Below are positions 50,142 through 63,238 of a stretch of 64,000 nt of DNA, one piece after another. Every line of letters begins with the position of its first letter. Within the stretch, counting starts at the first letter, position 1. Source of the stretch: Thermodesulfobacteriota bacterium (GTDB taxonomy: Bacteria > Desulfobacterota_D > UBA1144 > Nemesobacterales > JAJCZQ01); contig OZ244044.1 in assembly GCA_965215275.1 (NCBI GenBank), forward strand, positions 179,679-243,678, written 5' to 3'. Below the pieces are notes generated by a model. It was not told where the DNA came from and ran no database searches. It saw nothing but the letters and a program-made list of their open reading frames with translations. The position numbers were made by a program, and so were the translations under genes.

Positions 50142-52819
50142 TTGATCTTTTCAAGGTTTTCCAGGGCACTTTCGATCTTATAGATCTGAAAAGCATATTC
50201 ATCTACCTTGTTCTTTTCCTTTTCTATAACGTCTTCAGGAGCTTTTTTTAAAAACTCCCCGTTCTTCAGTTTTTTAGATGCCTTGTCAATGCTGACGTTC
50301 AGCTTTTCCAAGCTCTTTCTAAGCCTCTTTATCTCTTCCTCTACGTCTATTGAACCATCAACGGAGAGATATATCTCCGTGCCAGGTATAACTGCCCTGA
50401 TCATTCTTTTTACTTCTTCATCAGCTTTTATGAACTTATGATCGCTCACTTTGGCCTGACTGCAGATAACCTCGGCGTTGAGGCTTATTATCTCTTTTAT
50501 ACTATCGTTACCGGGATGGAACTTTATCGTTACCTGACTGGAGGGATGCAGACCTGTATTAGCTCTCATGTTCCTTATACACACGACTATGTCCTTTACG
50601 TACTCGATCTCTTCATGCTCCTTTTCAAAGACGTACTTATCCGAGTATTCAGGGTAGCTGTCAAGCAGAACGCTGTCTTTGCCGGTTGGGGTTATATTAT
50701 AGCTTTTTAATATCTGATACAGCTCTTCTGTAACAAATGGAGAGATCGGATGAAGCAGCTTGATGGAATCGTACAGGACCTTTAACAGTACCGCCTGGGT
50801 ATTTTCCTTTTTTTCCGGATCATCACCATAGAGATACTGTTTGGAGAACTCAATATACCAGTCACAGTAGTCGTTCCATATAAAATGATAGATCGTATGA
50901 GCGACCTTGTCGTACTCATGACCTGAATAATACGATCGAACTTCTTTCACGGCACCGTTAAGTCTGGACAAGATCCATTTATCTGTGGTCTTAAGTAAGG
51001 CCGGGTCTACGTTGATATCGTATGACCGCTTAACATCAAGGTTCAGCGTTACAAATCTGAAGGCGTTCCATATCTTGTTCATAAAGTTCCTGTACCCTTC
51101 TATAACTGGAAGCGCGAGATTTATATCGTTACCCTGTGAAGCCAGGGCAGTAAGGCTGAACCTGATGGAATCCGCACCGTACTTGTCTATCACCTGCAGG
51201 GGATCTATTGCGTTGCCTTTGGTCTTGCTCATCTTTTGTCCGGTCTCATCTCTAATCAGTCCATGGATGTACACGTCCCTGAAGGGGACCTTCTTCGTGA
51301 ACTTCAGACCCATCATTATCATTCTTGCCACCCAGAAGAATATGATGTCGAATCCCGTTACCAGACATGAAGTCGGGTAGTATTTTTTAAGGTCGTCCGT
51401 GCTTTCCGGCCATCCCAGCGTTGAGAACGGCCATAATCCGGAAGAAAACCACGTGTCCAGAACGTCTTCGTCCCTTTCCAGTTCAACTTTTTTACCGTAG
51501 TGAACTCTGGCTGATGCCACCGCCTCCTCTTCAGTACGTTCCACGAATATCTTTCCATCAGGTCCATACCACGCGGGTATCCTGTGTCCCCACCATAACT
51601 GTCTTGATATGCACCATGGTTCGATATTTCTCATCCATTCAAAGTAGGTATTCTCCCAGTATTTGGGATAGAACCTTATCTCGTTGTTCTCAACTGCTTT
51701 AATGGCACGTGAGGCCATTTCCTTGGTATCCACGTACCACTGATCGGTAAGCCAGGGTTCTATCGCAACTTCTGACCTGTCTCCGTACGGAACTGTATGA
51801 ACTGTATTTTCAACTTTAGCTATTAATTGTAACTTATTTAAATCCTTTACTATTTCTTCTCTGGCTTTATATCTGCTCAATCCGATGTATTTAGCAGGAA
51901 CGTTACTGTTCAATCTTGCTTCGTGATCAAGGATATTTATCATCTCCAGATCGTGCCTTTTACCCACTTCAAAGTCGTTAAAGTCATGAGCCGGAGTGAT
52001 CTTAACGGCCCCACTGCCCTTTTTCGGGTCACTGTACTCGTCTGCAATTATCGGGATCTTTCTGTTGACGATGGGCAGTATCGCCTGTTTTCCTACCAGG
52101 TCCTTGTATCTTTCGTCATCTGGATGCACGGCTACAGCGGTGTCTCCGAGCATGGTCTCAGGTCTTGTGGTGGCTACAGTCAAATAACGGTCTTTCTCAC
52201 CTTCCAGAGGGTATTTTATGTACCAGTAACTCCCCTTCTCTTCCAGTTGCTGAACTTCCAGGTCGGATATTGCCGTGCATAACTTCGGGTCCCAGTTTAC
52301 AAGCCTTTTATCCTTGTAGATAAGTCCTTCATTATACAGGTCGACGAAAGCTTTTATCACTGAACCGGACAGTCCTGCGTCAAGGGTAAACCTTTCCCTG
52401 TTCCAATCGGGTAATGCACCGAGTTTTTTCAGCTGATTTATTATCTGTCCGCCGGAATTTTCCTTCCATTGCCATACTTTTTCTACAAATCGCTCACGAC
52501 CTAAAGACCTTCTGTCTGTTTTTTCCTTACCTAACTCCCTTTCCACCACCATTTGCGTGGCAATTCCCGCGTGGTCCATGCCCGGAACCCAGAGAACGTC
52601 AAATCCAGACATTCTCTTGTATCTGACGATCATATCCTGAAGAGTATTGTTAAGTGCGTGTCCTATATGAAGTGAACCGGTTATGTTCGGGGGAGGGATT
52701 ACTATGGAAAAAGGCTCTTTATCGCCCTGGGGATCGGATCTGTAATACCCATTGTCCATCCACAGGCTATAGTTCTTATCCTCTATTGCTGCAGGATCAT
52801 AGCTTTTTTCCATTTCCAT
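50138..52819 (-). CDS. valS: Valine--tRNA ligase
   Basis: HIGH motif (GSLHIGHALN), KMSKS motif and a C-terminal coiled coil. Confidence 0.9.
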   Translation of the reverse strand: MEMEKSYDPAAIEDKNYSLWMDNGYYRSDPQGDKEPFSIVIPPPNITGSLHIGHALNNTLQDMIVRYKRMSGFDVLWVPGMDHAGIATQMVVERELGKEKTDRRSLGRERFVEKVWQWKENSGGQIINQLKKLGALPDWNRERFTLDAGLSGSVIKAFVDLYNEGLIYKDKRLVNWDPKLCTAISDLEVQQLEEKGSYWYIKYPLEGEKDRYLTVATTRPETMLGDTAVAVHPDDERYKDLVGKQAILPIVNRKIPIIADEYSDPKKGSGAVKITPAHDFNDFEVGKRHDLEMINILDHEARLNSNVPAKYIGLSRYKAREEIVKDLNKLQLIAKVENTVHTVPYGDRSEVAIEPWLTDQWYVDTKEMASRAIKAVENNEIRFYPKYWENTYFEWMRNIEPWCISRQLWWGHRIPAWYGPDGKIFVERTEEEAVASARVHYGKKVELERDEDVLDTWFSSGLWPFSTLGWPESTDDLKKYYPTSCLVTGFDIIFFWVARMIMMGLKFTKKVPFRDVYIHGLIRDETGQKMSKTKGNAIDPLQVIDKYGADSIRFSLTALASQGNDINLALPVIEGYRNFMNKIWNAFRFVTLNLDVKRSYDINVDPALLKTTDKWILSRLNGAVKEVRSYYSGHEYDKVAHTIYHFIWNDYCDWYIEFSKQYLYGDDPEKKENTQAVLLKVLYDSIKLLHPISPFVTEELYQILKSYNITPTGKDSVLLDSYPEYSDKYVFEKEHEEIEYVKDIVVCIRNMRANTGLHPSSQVTIKFHPGNDSIKEIISLNAEVICSQAKVSDHKFIKADEEVKRMIRAVIPGTEIYLSVDGSIDVEEEIKRLRKSLEKLNVSIDKASKKLKNGEFLKKAPEDVIEKEKNKVDEYAFQIYKIESALENLEKIN

Positions 52820-52876
52820 TTCTGGATATCGCTATCCCGTTATATCCACATATCTGCTGATACGGGAATATAACGA

Positions 52877-55800
52877 TCAGTCAGGTCGTTCCGTTAGTTC
52901 CTCAGTCTCTTCAACGGTTGAGGTCGGTACCATTATTGCATCAAGATTGGTCTGGACCGAAATGTTCCTGTACATCGGTAAGCCGGTTCCAGCAGGAATA
53001 AGTCTGCCCATTATAACGTTTTCCTTGAGTCCTCTAAGCTTATCTTCCTTACCTTCACAGGCGGCTTCAGTAAGGACCCTGGTGGTTTCCTGAAAGGATG
53101 AAGCAGAAAGCCAGCTGTCCGTGCTTAAAGATGCTCTTGTTATACCAAGCAGCAGAGGTTCCGCGGATGCCGGAGTACCGTTATCAGCTATTACTCTCTC
53201 GTTCTCTTCAAAGAAAACATGCTTCTCGACCGCTTCGCCCACCAGCAAAGTTGTATCGCCCGGGTTTCTGACCCTTACGCGTCTGAGCATCTGTTTAACT
53301 ATGACCTCCACGTGTTTATCGTTCAGTTTTACACCTTGAAGCCTGTATACGTCCTGGATCTCGTCCACGAGGTATCTTGCCAGTTCTTTCTCACCCTTGA
53401 TGGTTAAAATATCGTGTGGGTTAATGGACCCGTCTACGAGCTGGTCCCCTGCTTTAACGGTCTCACCTTCCCTCATGAGTATGTGTTTATGTCTGGGAAC
53501 CGCATACACTTTAGGTTCGCCAAGGTCAGGGGTTATAATAACGCGTCTTTTTCCTTTAACGTCCTCATAGGAAACCACTCCGTCTATTTCACTGACAACT
53601 GCAGGACCCTTTGGGATCCTTGCCTCGAACAGTTCCGCCACACGAGGTAATCCACCAGTTATATCTTTTGTTTTTGAAGTTGCCCCAAGTATTTTTGCTA
53701 TAACGTCACCGGCCTTGATGCGGACACCTTCTTTTTTCATTTTATCATCTTTCATCACTACTTTCTCATCAATAATCGCTCCCACGGGAAGTGAGTATTG
53801 AACGCCCTGTGAGTATTGATCTTTCTTTTGAGAGCTTTTTTTAGTGGAAGTATCGTCAGGATAAACTATTAAAGTGGGATGGAGGGCCGTGTTCTTTGAT
53901 TCACCAACTACCTTGTTGACTATACCGGTAGCTTCATCGACCTGATCCACAAGGGTTCCTAAGTCCTCATGCAGATCCTTATATTCAACTTTTCCTGATA
54001 CTTCTGCAATGAAAGGAGTTGTATAGGGGTCCCATTCCGCAAGTAACGTTTTTTCCTTGACCTTACTGCCGTCTTCAACGTTAAGCTTTGCACCAAGGGA
54101 AAGTGGATACCTTTCACGTTCATAGCCTTTCTTGTCAAAGACCGTTAAAGACCCTGTGCGATTGATCACGACCAGGTGATCATCTCTGTTCCTTACCGTT
54201 TTAACATTGTCGAATTTAATGGTCCCGGCGTGCTGGTTCTCTATTTTGCTTTCTGCAGTTCTCGCGCTTGCAGCACCTCCGATATGGAAAGTCCTCATTG
54301 TGAGCTGAGTACCCGGTTCACCAATTGACTGTGCTGCCACTATACCAACTGCTTCACCGATATTGACCAGTTTGCCCGTGGACAGGTTCCTGCCGTAGCA
54401 TAGCCTGCATACGCCGATCTTTGTTTCACACGTCAGTACTGACCTTACCTTGATCTCTATTATGCTTCCTATTTCATCGATCTTATTTGCTGCTTCTTCA
54501 TCTATTTCTTCGTTTTCCCTTACTATGATCTCACCATCTATCGGGTTTCTGATCTCTTCGAGCACGACCCTCCCCAGAACTCTCTGCCCTACCCTTTCAA
54601 TGACCTTACCACTGTCGACCAGATCATGTACGTGTATACCCTCTGATGTCCCGCAGTCGTATTCATTTATCATAACGTCCTGTGCAACGTCTATTAATCT
54701 GCGGGTCAGGTAACCTGCATTGGCGGTTTTAAGAGCGGTATCCGCAAGCCCTTTTCTTGCACCGTGAGTGGATATGAAGTACTGCAGTACCGTTAACCCT
54801 TCTCTGAAATTGGACGTAATGGGGGTTTCGATTATCTCTCCCGATGGTTTTGCCATAAGCCCTCTCATACCGGCAAGCTGTCTGACCTGGGTCTGACTGC
54901 CACGTGCACCGGAATCGATCATCATATATATGGGGTTGGAGCTTGAGCCCTTATTGATATTTCCCTTATCGTCCTTAACTTCCTCGTATGAGATCTTGTC
55001 CATCATCTTGTTTGCAATATCGTTGCTGGTCCTTGTCCATATATCTATTACTTTATTGTACCGTTCTCCGTCCGTGATTAATCCATCATAGTAATGTTCC
55101 TGTACTTTCTCTACTTCTTTGTGTGCATCTGAAAGCATTTCTTCTTTGAGTTCCGGGATCTCTATATCATGAATGGATATGGAAATGCCGGCTTTTGTCG
55201 AATACTTGAATCCGAGGGTCCTGAGCCTGTCGGTAAGGAGCACCGTTTCTTTTCCACCGGTCATCCTGAAGCAGGTATCAACGAGTTCTTCTGTGGCATG
55301 TTTTGTCATTACACGATTAACGAGCTCAAAAGGTATATTGTCCGGCGTTACCTCGTATAGGAGCACTCTGCCGACCGTTGTATCGTACAGTTTATCCTTG
55401 ATCCTGATCTTGATCTTTGCGTGAATTCCGACCTCTCCCAGTTCATAGGCTATGGAAAGCTCTTCGATACTGGAAAAGACCTTGCCATGACCTTTATCAT
55501 AGGCGGCGTCCCGTGTCATATAATATATCCCGAGCACGATATCCTGCGTGGGTAAAACTATTGGTTTACCTGAAGCGGATGAAAGGATGTTGTTGCTTGA
55601 CATTATAAGCGATCTGCACTCCGTCTGTGCTTCAACCGAAAGAGGTACATGCACTGCCATCTGGTCACCGTCAAAATCAGCGTTATACGCCGGACATACC
55701 AGTGGATGGACCTGGATCGCCTTATCTTCTATAAGTATCGGTTCAAATGCCTGTATGCTCAGCCGGTGAAGGGTTGGAGCACGGTTCAGCAGCACGGGAT

Positions 55801-57040
55801 GTTCTTTAATGACCTCATCCAGTGCGTCCCAGACTTTCGGGTCTTCCTGCTCAACGAGTTTCTTTGCTATTTTAATGGTTAACGCGTAGCCCCATTCCTC
55901 GAGTTTCTGATAGATAAATGGCTTGAACAGTTCAAGTGCCATCTGCTTCGGCAATCCGCACTGATGGAGTTTCAGTTCCGGACCGACCGTGATCACGGAC
56001 CTTCCAGAGTAATCCACCCTCTTACCTAATAGGTTCTGTCTGAACCTTCCCTGTTTTCCTTTTATTATATCGCTAAGGCTTTTTAAAGGTCTGCGGTTGT
56101 GTCCAAGTACGGGTCTGCCTCGTCTGCCGTTCTCAAGGAGTGCATCCACTGATTCCTGAAGCATTCTCTTTTCATTTCTTACGATAATGTCAGGTGCTCC
56201 TAGTTCCGTCAGTTTTTTCAGTCTGTTGTTCCTGTTTATGACCCTTCTGTACAGGTCGTTCAGGTCGGAGGTTGCAAACCTGCCTCCGTCCAGTGGTACC
56301 AGTGGTCTGAGGTCCGGCGGCAGAACGGGGATCATTGTTAAGATCATCCACTCCGGCTTGTTCTTTGACTTTCTGAACGCGTCACATACCCTCAGCCTTT
56401 TTGCTATCCTTGCTCTTTTGATCAGATCTTTCGTTCTCTTGATCTCGTCTTTCAGATCCTCGGACAGGGCGAGCATATCCCTGTTCTTAAGCATTTCCCT
56501 GATGGTTTCAGCACCCATGCCGACTTTGAAAGTCTGACCGAATTCGTCAAGCAGCTGTCTGTATTCTTCTTCGTTTATGACCTCGCCGTACTTTAATTTC
56601 GTAGGACCGGGGTCGTAAACGACGTAAGCCTCAAAATACAAGGTCTTCTCAAGGTCTTTCAGGGTCATGCCCAGAAGCATGCGGATGATCTTCAAAAACC
56701 ATATATGAACGGTCGGTGATACGAGTTTAATATGGGCCATTCTTTCGCGTCTGACCTTTGAGGATATGACTTCAACCCCGCATTTTTCACACGTTATACC
56801 TCTGTGCTTTAACCTCTTGTACTTTCCGCAGGTGCATTCGTAGTCTTTGACCGGCCCGAATATCTTGGCACAGAACAAACCGTTCCTCTCTGGTTTGAAA
56901 GTTCTGTAATTGATGGTTTCCGGTTTGGCTATCTCACCCCAAGACCACTCTTTTATCTTTTCTGGTGAAGCAATGGATATCTTTACCGTCGAATAATCGG
57001 ATGGGTTCTTCGGTTTTTCAAAAAGGGTATCTATTTCCAC
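52877..57040 (-). CDS. rpoC: DNA-directed RNA polymerase subunit beta'
   Basis: Zinc-binding Cys motifs and the NADFDGD active site. Confidence 0.95.
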   Translation of the reverse strand: MEIDTLFEKPKNPSDYSTVKISIASPEKIKEWSWGEIAKPETINYRTFKPERNGLFCAKIFGPVKDYECTCGKYKRLKHRGITCEKCGVEVISSKVRRERMAHIKLVSPTVHIWFLKIIRMLLGMTLKDLEKTLYFEAYVVYDPGPTKLKYGEVINEEEYRQLLDEFGQTFKVGMGAETIREMLKNRDMLALSEDLKDEIKRTKDLIKRARIAKRLRVCDAFRKSKNKPEWMILTMIPVLPPDLRPLVPLDGGRFATSDLNDLYRRVINRNNRLKKLTELGAPDIIVRNEKRMLQESVDALLENGRRGRPVLGHNRRPLKSLSDIIKGKQGRFRQNLLGKRVDYSGRSVITVGPELKLHQCGLPKQMALELFKPFIYQKLEEWGYALTIKIAKKLVEQEDPKVWDALDEVIKEHPVLLNRAPTLHRLSIQAFEPILIEDKAIQVHPLVCPAYNADFDGDQMAVHVPLSVEAQTECRSLIMSSNNILSSASGKPIVLPTQDIVLGIYYMTRDAAYDKGHGKVFSSIEELSIAYELGEVGIHAKIKIRIKDKLYDTTVGRVLLYEVTPDNIPFELVNRVMTKHATEELVDTCFRMTGGKETVLLTDRLRTLGFKYSTKAGISISIHDIEIPELKEEMLSDAHKEVEKVQEHYYDGLITDGERYNKVIDIWTRTSNDIANKMMDKISYEEVKDDKGNINKGSSSNPIYMMIDSGARGSQTQVRQLAGMRGLMAKPSGEIIETPITSNFREGLTVLQYFISTHGARKGLADTALKTANAGYLTRRLIDVAQDVMINEYDCGTSEGIHVHDLVDSGKVIERVGQRVLGRVVLEEIRNPIDGEIIVRENEEIDEEAANKIDEIGSIIEIKVRSVLTCETKIGVCRLCYGRNLSTGKLVNIGEAVGIVAAQSIGEPGTQLTMRTFHIGGAASARTAESKIENQHAGTIKFDNVKTVRNRDDHLVVINRTGSLTVFDKKGYERERYPLSLGAKLNVEDGSKVKEKTLLAEWDPYTTPFIAEVSGKVEYKDLHEDLGTLVDQVDEATGIVNKVVGESKNTALHPTLIVYPDDTSTKKSSQKKDQYSQGVQYSLPVGAIIDEKVVMKDDKMKKEGVRIKAGDVIAKILGATSKTKDITGGLPRVAELFEARIPKGPAVVSEIDGVVSYEDVKGKRRVIITPDLGEPKVYAVPRHKHILMREGETVKAGDQLVDGSINPHDILTIKGEKELARYLVDEIQDVYRLQGVKLNDKHVEVIVKQMLRRVRVRNPGDTTLLVGEAVEKHVFFEENERVIADNGTPASAEPLLLGITRASLSTDSWLSASSFQETTRVLTEAACEGKEDKLRGLKENVIMGRLIPAGTGLPMYRNISVQTNLDAIMVPTSTVEETEELTERPD

Positions 57041-60000
57041 TTATTATCTAAACCTCCATTATTATTTTCTGTTTGCTCTTCGATCAGATCAACGTTCAGC
57101 ACCAGGGATTGAAGCTCCTTCTGAAGCACTTTAAATGATTCAGGAAGCCCAGGTTCGAAGTTCAGGTCACCTTTCACTATTGAATCAAATATCCTGGTAC
57201 GTCCCACTACGTCATCGGATTTAAAAGTAAGGAATTCCTGCAGGGTATAGGAGGCACCATAAGCTTCAAGTGCCCAGACTTCCATTTCTCCAAGTCTCTG
57301 TCCGCCAAAATGTGCCTTACCGCCCAGCGGCTGCTGGGTCACGAGCGAGTAAGGTCCGATCGCCCTTGCATGTATCTTTTCTTCCACGAGATGGTGGAGT
57401 TTCAGCATATACATTATCCCGACCGTCACTTTCTGGTCAAAGGGTTCTCCTGTATGACCGTTGAACAGTATTGTCTTACCGTCCATCGGGAGGTCAGCTT
57501 CCTTGTACAGTTCTTTGATCTCGCTTTCCTTTGCTCCGTCAAATACGGGTACTTTGATCGGAATACCGTCTTTAAGGTCCTTGGCAAGTTCAACCACTTC
57601 ACTATCGCTCAGGGAATCCAGGAACTTTAAAAACTCCGCAGAACCTGAATAATAGGTTTTAAACTTCTTTCTGAGCGAATCAGCACTGAACTCTGCTTCA
57701 ATGTATTCGTTCAGCTGTCTTCCCAGTTCCTTGGCCACCCATCCCAGATGGGCTTCAAGTACCTGCCCCACGTTCATTCTGGACGGTACCCCAAGTGGAT
57801 TCAGGACCATGTCGACCGATCTTCCATCAGGCAGGTAGGGCATATCCTCTTCCGCCAGTATTTTTGACACGACCCCTTTATTGCCATGTCTGCCGGCCAT
57901 CTTATCCCCGACCTGGAGTTTCCTTTTAGCGGCTAAATAAACCTTGACTATTTTCAGGACCCCTGGCTGCAGTTCATCCGGTTTTTGCAGATTTGATATT
58001 TTCCGCTCGTATGCTTTTTTAACTATATTTATATGCTCCGATGTACTGTCAACGATCGCCTTCACCTCGTTCTCGACCTTTGATGATCCTGCAACGTTTA
58101 TATCCGGCAGTTTTTCGAACGGCACCTCGTTTAAGATATCTTCGGTTATGACCTCATCCTTTTTTAATATGGTCTTTCTGGCCAGTTTAAAACTGGATGC
58201 GGATCTTTTACCAGCTATCAGCTTGTTTACTTTACTTCTGGCGTCTTTTTCCAATCTGAGAACGTCTTCTTCCCTTTCCTGTTTTAATTTTGCGATATCA
58301 GAGGTATCTATCGCTTTGGAAATACTGTCCTTATCAACTGCCCGGGATACTAACACCTTGACGTCAATGACCGTTGCATAGGTCCCGGGGGACGCTTTTA
58401 AAGAAGTATCTTTAACGTCACCGGCCTTATCACCGAATATGGCCTTCAGAAGTTTTTCCTCGGGAGAGAGCTGGGTTTCACCTTTCGGGGATATTTTTCC
58501 TACAAGTATATCTCCCGGCTTGACCGTGGCCCCTATTCTTATAATTCCGTGTTCATCCAGGTTCCTCAGGGATTCTTCCCCTGCGTTCGGAATATCCCTT
58601 GTGATCTCCTCCTTGCCCAGCTTGGTTTCACGCGCCACGCATTCCTCTTCTTCTATGTGGATCGATGTAAAAGAATCATTTTTTAAAAGTCTTTCACTGA
58701 CAAGTATGGCGTCTTCGAAGTTATATCCTCCCCATGGCATAAAGGCCACGGTTATGTTCTTACCCAGGGCCAGTTCGCCTTCATCCGTGGACGGTCCATC
58801 AGCCACCACCTGTCCTTTTTTTACCATCTGCCCGCTCGACACTATAGGCTTCTGGTTCCAGCAGGTGCTTTGGTTCGATTTCTGGAACTTGATCAGATTG
58901 AATATATCGACACTTCCATTTGTCCCTTCGGTGCCACTTGACCTTACCACGATCTTGTTTGCATCAACGTAATCCACTATACCGTCATTCTTTGCAATGG
59001 CGGTAACACCTGAATCCTTGGCAACTGTGCTTTCCATACCCGTACCTACGATCGGAGAACTCGTTTTTATAAGCGGGACCGCCTGACGCTGCATGTTCGA
59101 TCCCATTAATGCCCTGTTAGCGTCGTCGTGCTCTAAGAACGGTATCAGCGAAGCAGATACGGAGACCAGCTGGTTAGGTGATACGTCCATCAGCTCGACC
59201 CTTTCACTTTTTTCCCTTTTGAACTCACCTTCATGACGCGCGGAGATGAACTCGGCCTTGAACACGCCTTTATCATCAACGGGAGCATTTACCTGAGCTA
59301 TAACGAATTTTTCTTCTTCATGTGCGCTTAAATGCACGATCTCATCAGTTACTAACCTGTCCTTTACAACTCTGTAAGGCGTCTGAATAAACCCATATTG
59401 ATTTACCGTTGCGTAGGTGCTCAGGCTGGATATTAACCCGATATTCGGGCCTTCAGGCGTTTCAATGGGACATATCTTTCCATAATGTGATACATGGACG
59501 TCACGCACTTCAAATCCTGCTCTTTCACGTGTTAAACCACCAGGACCCAAGGCACTGAGCCTTCTCTTATGGGTGATCTCGGACAGGGGATTGGTCTGGT
59601 CCATGAACTGTGAAAGTTGTCCGGTGTTGAAAAATTCCTTCACGACCGAAGTGACGGTCTTCGGCATTAATATCTCACTTGGCATCATATCTTCTACCGG
59701 CTGGTAGCTCATCTTTTCCTTTACTGATTTGGCAAGTCTTTTAACGCCGTGGTAGAACCTGTCCTCTATAAGTTCTCCTATTGTCTTTACTCTTCTGTTG
59801 CCAAGATGATCTATATCGTCCGTACTGCCCTTGCCTCCCTGAAGGTCGAGCAGATATTTGATCGTACGGCATATATCCTCTTTGCTTAAGTGAAGATGAT
59901 CGTCAGGAAGGTCCATTCCCAGCTTATAGTTGATCTTTATCCTGCCGACCTTTGAAAGCCTGTAGGTCTCGGGATTAAAGAACATGTTCTCAAAAAAATC

Positions 60001-61491
60001 CCTGGCCACCTTTAACGTAGGCGGGTCTGTAGGTCTGAACCTTTTGTAGATCTCCTTTATTGCATCTTCGGCCGTCTTGGTCTTATCCTTATCATCAAGG
60101 AGCGTGTTCCTGAGAGAAGCAGAAACAGTATCATCGTCTATGTAAAAGACCTTGAACTTTTCTACGCTGTTTTTCTTCAGACCATCTATTACTTCGTCTG
60201 TGATTGGTTCATTGAAATCAACAAGTATTTCACCCGTGTCCGGGTCCATTATATCCTCAGCACAAAAATATTTTTCCTTATCTGTGGTCAGACCCGTGAT
60301 CTCGTTCTTATCTATCGGAAAGACGTCAACTCCGGCTTTTTCAAGCTTTCTTAACGTTCCTTGCCCGAACCTCATATCTTTGCGGACAAGCGTGTCACCT
60401 GATTTTTTATCAACTATATCCACACTGGCCTTCTGGTATTTTATAGTTTCTTGATTGATCTCTTTTTCAAATCCTTCCTCCGTTATATGAATGACCTCAA
60501 CGGGATAATAGTAGTTCATTATCTCACGTGGACCATAACCCATGGCCTTGAGAAGTATAGTGACGTGGAATTTTTTCTTTCTGTCTATCCTTACGTGCAT
60601 CAGGTCCTTTGAGTCAAACTCAAAATCCAGCCATTTACTGCCTTCCTGGGGAATTATCCTTGCAAAGAAGGAACCTTTACCAAGCGAACTGTCCTTGCTC
60701 TTACCGAAGAACACCCCCGGCGAGCGATGTAGCTGGTTTACTATTACTCTTTCGGTTCCGTTTATAATGAAGGAACCATTACCGGTCATAATGGGAAGTT
60801 CGCCAAAGTAAACTTCCTGTTCCTTTATCTCCCGGATGTTCTTCTTATGTGATATTTCTACGGTTGCACCGGCTGCCTCTAATTTCTTCCTGACATCCTT
60901 AGCTTCTTCCTCTTCGGAGTAATGCTCCACCTGCACGCCGTCTTCAGGGTCCTTAGAGACCAGTGCGATCAGGTCCTTGGCCCCTTTAACTCCCAGACCG
61001 GCAACTTCCTTTACGGTTTCGATGACCTTATTTTTATCTTCACCGATCTGCTTCAGAGCAACCGTGTATGAAACGTCCCATACTATAAGTCTGAAAGTCA
61101 CGTGCAGAGGAGAAACGTAGGTGTATCCTTTTAACCTGCATTCCCCTTCTTCATACTTGGGGTCGTCCAGTTTGTACCTTACATACTCCAGGCTGGATCT
61201 CTTGTTACTGTCCTCAACGGGAAAGACCGTCTTAAAAGCTGCATGCAGCCCTTTTGGCTCCCTGTCTTCGTGTTTTATTTCAGCCTGTAGGAAATCTCTG
61301 TAGGACTTGGTCTGAACTTCCAGCAGATGTGGGATATTTAAAACGTTCGGTATTTTAGAAAAAACCTTTCTATACAGGTGTCTCTCGTGTTTCTGCGCTC
61401 TCAGGTCAGATACGCTGTCTTTGCCAGCAGCTGTGAGCTGTGCCGTTATATGTCTTTCGTTTTTTTGTGCTCTCAAATTAGATACCCTCAA
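57031..61491 (-). CDS. rpoB: DNA-directed RNA polymerase subunit beta, carrying an in-frame L7/L12 C-terminal-domain-like insertion of about 75 aa and a duplicated N-terminal segment
   Basis: Conserved beta-subunit regions throughout. Residues about 141-217 ([20 protein letters not shown]...[13 protein letters not shown]) resemble the RplL C-terminal domain ([22 protein letters not shown]...[13 protein letters not shown]). Confidence 0.9.
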   Translation of the reverse strand: MRVSNLRAQKNERHITAQLTAAGKDSVSDLRAQKHERHLYRKVFSKIPNVLNIPHLLEVQTKSYRDFLQAEIKHEDREPKGLHAAFKTVFPVEDSNKRSSLEYVRYKLDDPKYEEGECRLKGYTYVSPLHVTFRLIVWDVSYTVALKQIGEDKNKVIETVKEVAGLGVKGAKDLIALVSKDPEDGVQVEHYSEEEEAKDVRKKLEAAGATVEISHKKNIREIKEQEVYFGELPIMTGNGSFIINGTERVIVNQLHRSPGVFFGKSKDSSLGKGSFFARIIPQEGSKWLDFEFDSKDLMHVRIDRKKKFHVTILLKAMGYGPREIMNYYYPVEVIHITEEGFEKEINQETIKYQKASVDIVDKKSGDTLVRKDMRFGQGTLRKLEKAGVDVFPIDKNEITGLTTDKEKYFCAEDIMDPDTGEILVDFNEPITDEVIDGLKKNSVEKFKVFYIDDDTVSASLRNTLLDDKDKTKTAEDAIKEIYKRFRPTDPPTLKVARDFFENMFFNPETYRLSKVGRIKINYKLGMDLPDDHLHLSKEDICRTIKYLLDLQGGKGSTDDIDHLGNRRVKTIGELIEDRFYHGVKRLAKSVKEKMSYQPVEDMMPSEILMPKTVTSVVKEFFNTGQLSQFMDQTNPLSEITHKRRLSALGPGGLTRERAGFEVRDVHVSHYGKICPIETPEGPNIGLISSLSTYATVNQYGFIQTPYRVVKDRLVTDEIVHLSAHEEEKFVIAQVNAPVDDKGVFKAEFISARHEGEFKREKSERVELMDVSPNQLVSVSASLIPFLEHDDANRALMGSNMQRQAVPLIKTSSPIVGTGMESTVAKDSGVTAIAKNDGIVDYVDANKIVVRSSGTEGTNGSVDIFNLIKFQKSNQSTCWNQKPIVSSGQMVKKGQVVADGPSTDEGELALGKNITVAFMPWGGYNFEDAILVSERLLKNDSFTSIHIEEEECVARETKLGKEEITRDIPNAGEESLRNLDEHGIIRIGATVKPGDILVGKISPKGETQLSPEEKLLKAIFGDKAGDVKDTSLKASPGTYATVIDVKVLVSRAVDKDSISKAIDTSDIAKLKQEREEDVLRLEKDARSKVNKLIAGKRSASSFKLARKTILKKDEVITEDILNEVPFEKLPDINVAGSSKVENEVKAIVDSTSEHINIVKKAYERKISNLQKPDELQPGVLKIVKVYLAAKRKLQVGDKMAGRHGNKGVVSKILAEEDMPYLPDGRSVDMVLNPLGVPSRMNVGQVLEAHLGWVAKELGRQLNEYIEAEFSADSLRKKFKTYYSGSAEFLKFLDSLSDSEVVELAKDLKDGIPIKVPVFDGAKESEIKELYKEADLPMDGKTILFNGHTGEPFDQKVTVGIMYMLKLHHLVEEKIHARAIGPYSLVTQQPLGGKAHFGGQRLGEMEVWALEAYGASYTLQEFLTFKSDDVVGRTRIFDSIVKGDLNFEPGLPESFKVLQKELQSLVLNVDLIEEQTENNNGGLDNKWK

Positions 61492-61527
61492 AAAATGTAA
61501 TTAATAAAGATGTAATAAATGAAAAAG

Positions 61528-61917
61528 CTATGATATCTCTACGGTTGCACCGGCTGATTCCAGTTTATTCTTAATTTCCTCAGCTTCTTCTTTGTTTATA
61601 TCATCTTTAACGTTTTTTGGGGCACTTTCTACGAGTTCTTTGGCTTCTTTGAGCCCTAACGAGGTAACCTCTCTCACGGCTTTGATGACCTGGATCTTAT
61701 TTTCTCCAAAGTCCTTTAAAATAACGCTTACTTCGGTTTTTTCTTCGCCACCTGGACTTTCCTGATCCGCAGCGGCACCTGGCACAGCTGCAACTGCCAT
61801 CTGCGGTGCTGCCTGAATATCGAATTTTTCCTCTATCTCCTTGATCAGCTCTGATACCTCGAGCATGGTGGCTTTTTCCAGGTACGTAATTACATCGGAT
61901 TTACTTATATCAGCCAT
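61528..61917 (-). CDS. rplL: 50S ribosomal protein L7/L12
   Basis: Ala/Pro-rich hinge and a C-terminal domain ending ...[10 protein letters not shown]. Confidence 0.95.
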   Translation of the reverse strand: MADISKSDVITYLEKATMLEVSELIKEIEEKFDIQAAPQMAVAAVPGAAADQESPGGEEKTEVSVILKDFGENKIQVIKAVREVTSLGLKEAKELVESAPKNVKDDINKEEAEEIKNKLESAGATVEIS

Positions 61918-61945
61918 TATTGAATACCTCCTAATTGCTTTTGTT

Positions 61946-62461
61946 TTATTTTTTCTCTTTTAATGCTTGCAGTAAATATAAGAACTTCGTTTGCATGTTC
62001 TTTAATGAATATGCGAACCTGGACATCGGGGAATTCAACAGACTTGCGAACTGAGCGATCAGTTCGGTTTTTGTGGGAAGTTTGGATATTCGTTCGATCT
62101 CGCCTGCATCCACCTTCTTTCCTTCTACCACGCCGCCTCTGATAGTGAACTGTTCGTAGGTCTTTGCGGAATCCACGAATATCTTTGCCGATGCAGAAGA
62201 ATCACCTTTTGAAAACCCAATGGCCGTTGAACCGGTAAACAGGTCCGTCAGCTGATCGGCGACCGTATCGCTTGAAGCCCTTCTCAGCAGGGTGTTCTTG
62301 ACTATCCTGATCTCACTGTCGACCACCTTCAGGTTCTTTCTTATTTTTTCCAGCTCTTTTACGGTAAGTCCTGAATAATCAATAACGAACATAGATAAAC
62401 CGGACGTGAACTTGCCGTTCAGTTCTTCGATTATTTTTCCTTTTGCTTCTCTTGTTAACAT
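61946..62461 (-). CDS. rplJ: 50S ribosomal protein L10
   Basis: Position and similarity. Confidence 0.9.
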   Translation of the reverse strand: MLTREAKGKIIEELNGKFTSGLSMFVIDYSGLTVKELEKIRKNLKVVDSEIRIVKNTLLRRASSDTVADQLTDLFTGSTAIGFSKGDSSASAKIFVDSAKTYEQFTIRGGVVEGKKVDAGEIERISKLPTKTELIAQFASLLNSPMSRFAYSLKNMQTKFLYLLQALKEKK

Positions 62462-62505
62462 TAAAAACTCCCGATCGGCAATGACAGAGCTGTTGTCATC
62501 AGCAC

Positions 62506-63216
62506 TTACAGACCTTTCAAAGCCTCCCTTATATCCGTCAGATCTAAATTAATGCCAGGCCCCATGGTATTCGACACCGATACTTTTCTGAGAAAAATGC
62601 CTTTTGATGAAGGAGGCTTCTGCTTGTTTATCTCGCCAATGATGGCAAGCAGGTTCTCCTTTATTTTTTGCCTGCCAAAAGAAACCCTGCCTATCGGTGC
62701 ATGTATAACGCCGCTTTTATCGTTCCTGATCTCTATTCTGCCCGCTTTTGACTGTTTTACCGTCTCTGCAACGTTGTTCGTTACCGTCCCGACCTTGGGA
62801 TTTGGCATAAGCCCCCTGGGACCCAGTACCTTCCCTAACCCTCCGACCTTGCTCATAACGTCCGGGGTCGCTATGGCTATATCAAAATCAAGCCAGTTCT
62901 CTTTCTTTATCTTTTCTATATATTCGTCTAATCCGGCATGGTCAGCACCGGCATCTTTTGCCTCACTTACCTTATCATCCTTTGCAAATACCATTACCTT
63001 TACGCTTTTACCGGTGCCGTGAGGAAGGTTAACTGCCATCCTTATCTGCTGGTCGGCCTGCCTGGGGTCTATTCCAAGCTTGATCGCGATATCGACCGAT
63101 TCATCGAATTTCGCTCTTTTGGTCCTCTCAACCAGTTCCACCGACTCGTTCACGGAGTAAGACGTTGCCGGATCGACCATATTTTTAACTTTCACAAAAC
63201 TTTTTCCTACTGTCAT
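62506..63216 (-). CDS. rplA: 50S ribosomal protein L1
   Basis: Position and similarity. Confidence 0.9.
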   Translation of the reverse strand: MTVGKSFVKVKNMVDPATSYSVNESVELVERTKRAKFDESVDIAIKLGIDPRQADQQIRMAVNLPHGTGKSVKVMVFAKDDKVSEAKDAGADHAGLDEYIEKIKKENWLDFDIAIATPDVMSKVGGLGKVLGPRGLMPNPKVGTVTNNVAETVKQSKAGRIEIRNDKSGVIHAPIGRVSFGRQKIKENLLAIIGEINKQKPPSSKGIFLRKVSVSNTMGPGINLDLTDIREALKGL

Positions 63217-63238
63217 AAGATTTACCTTCAGTGGACAG

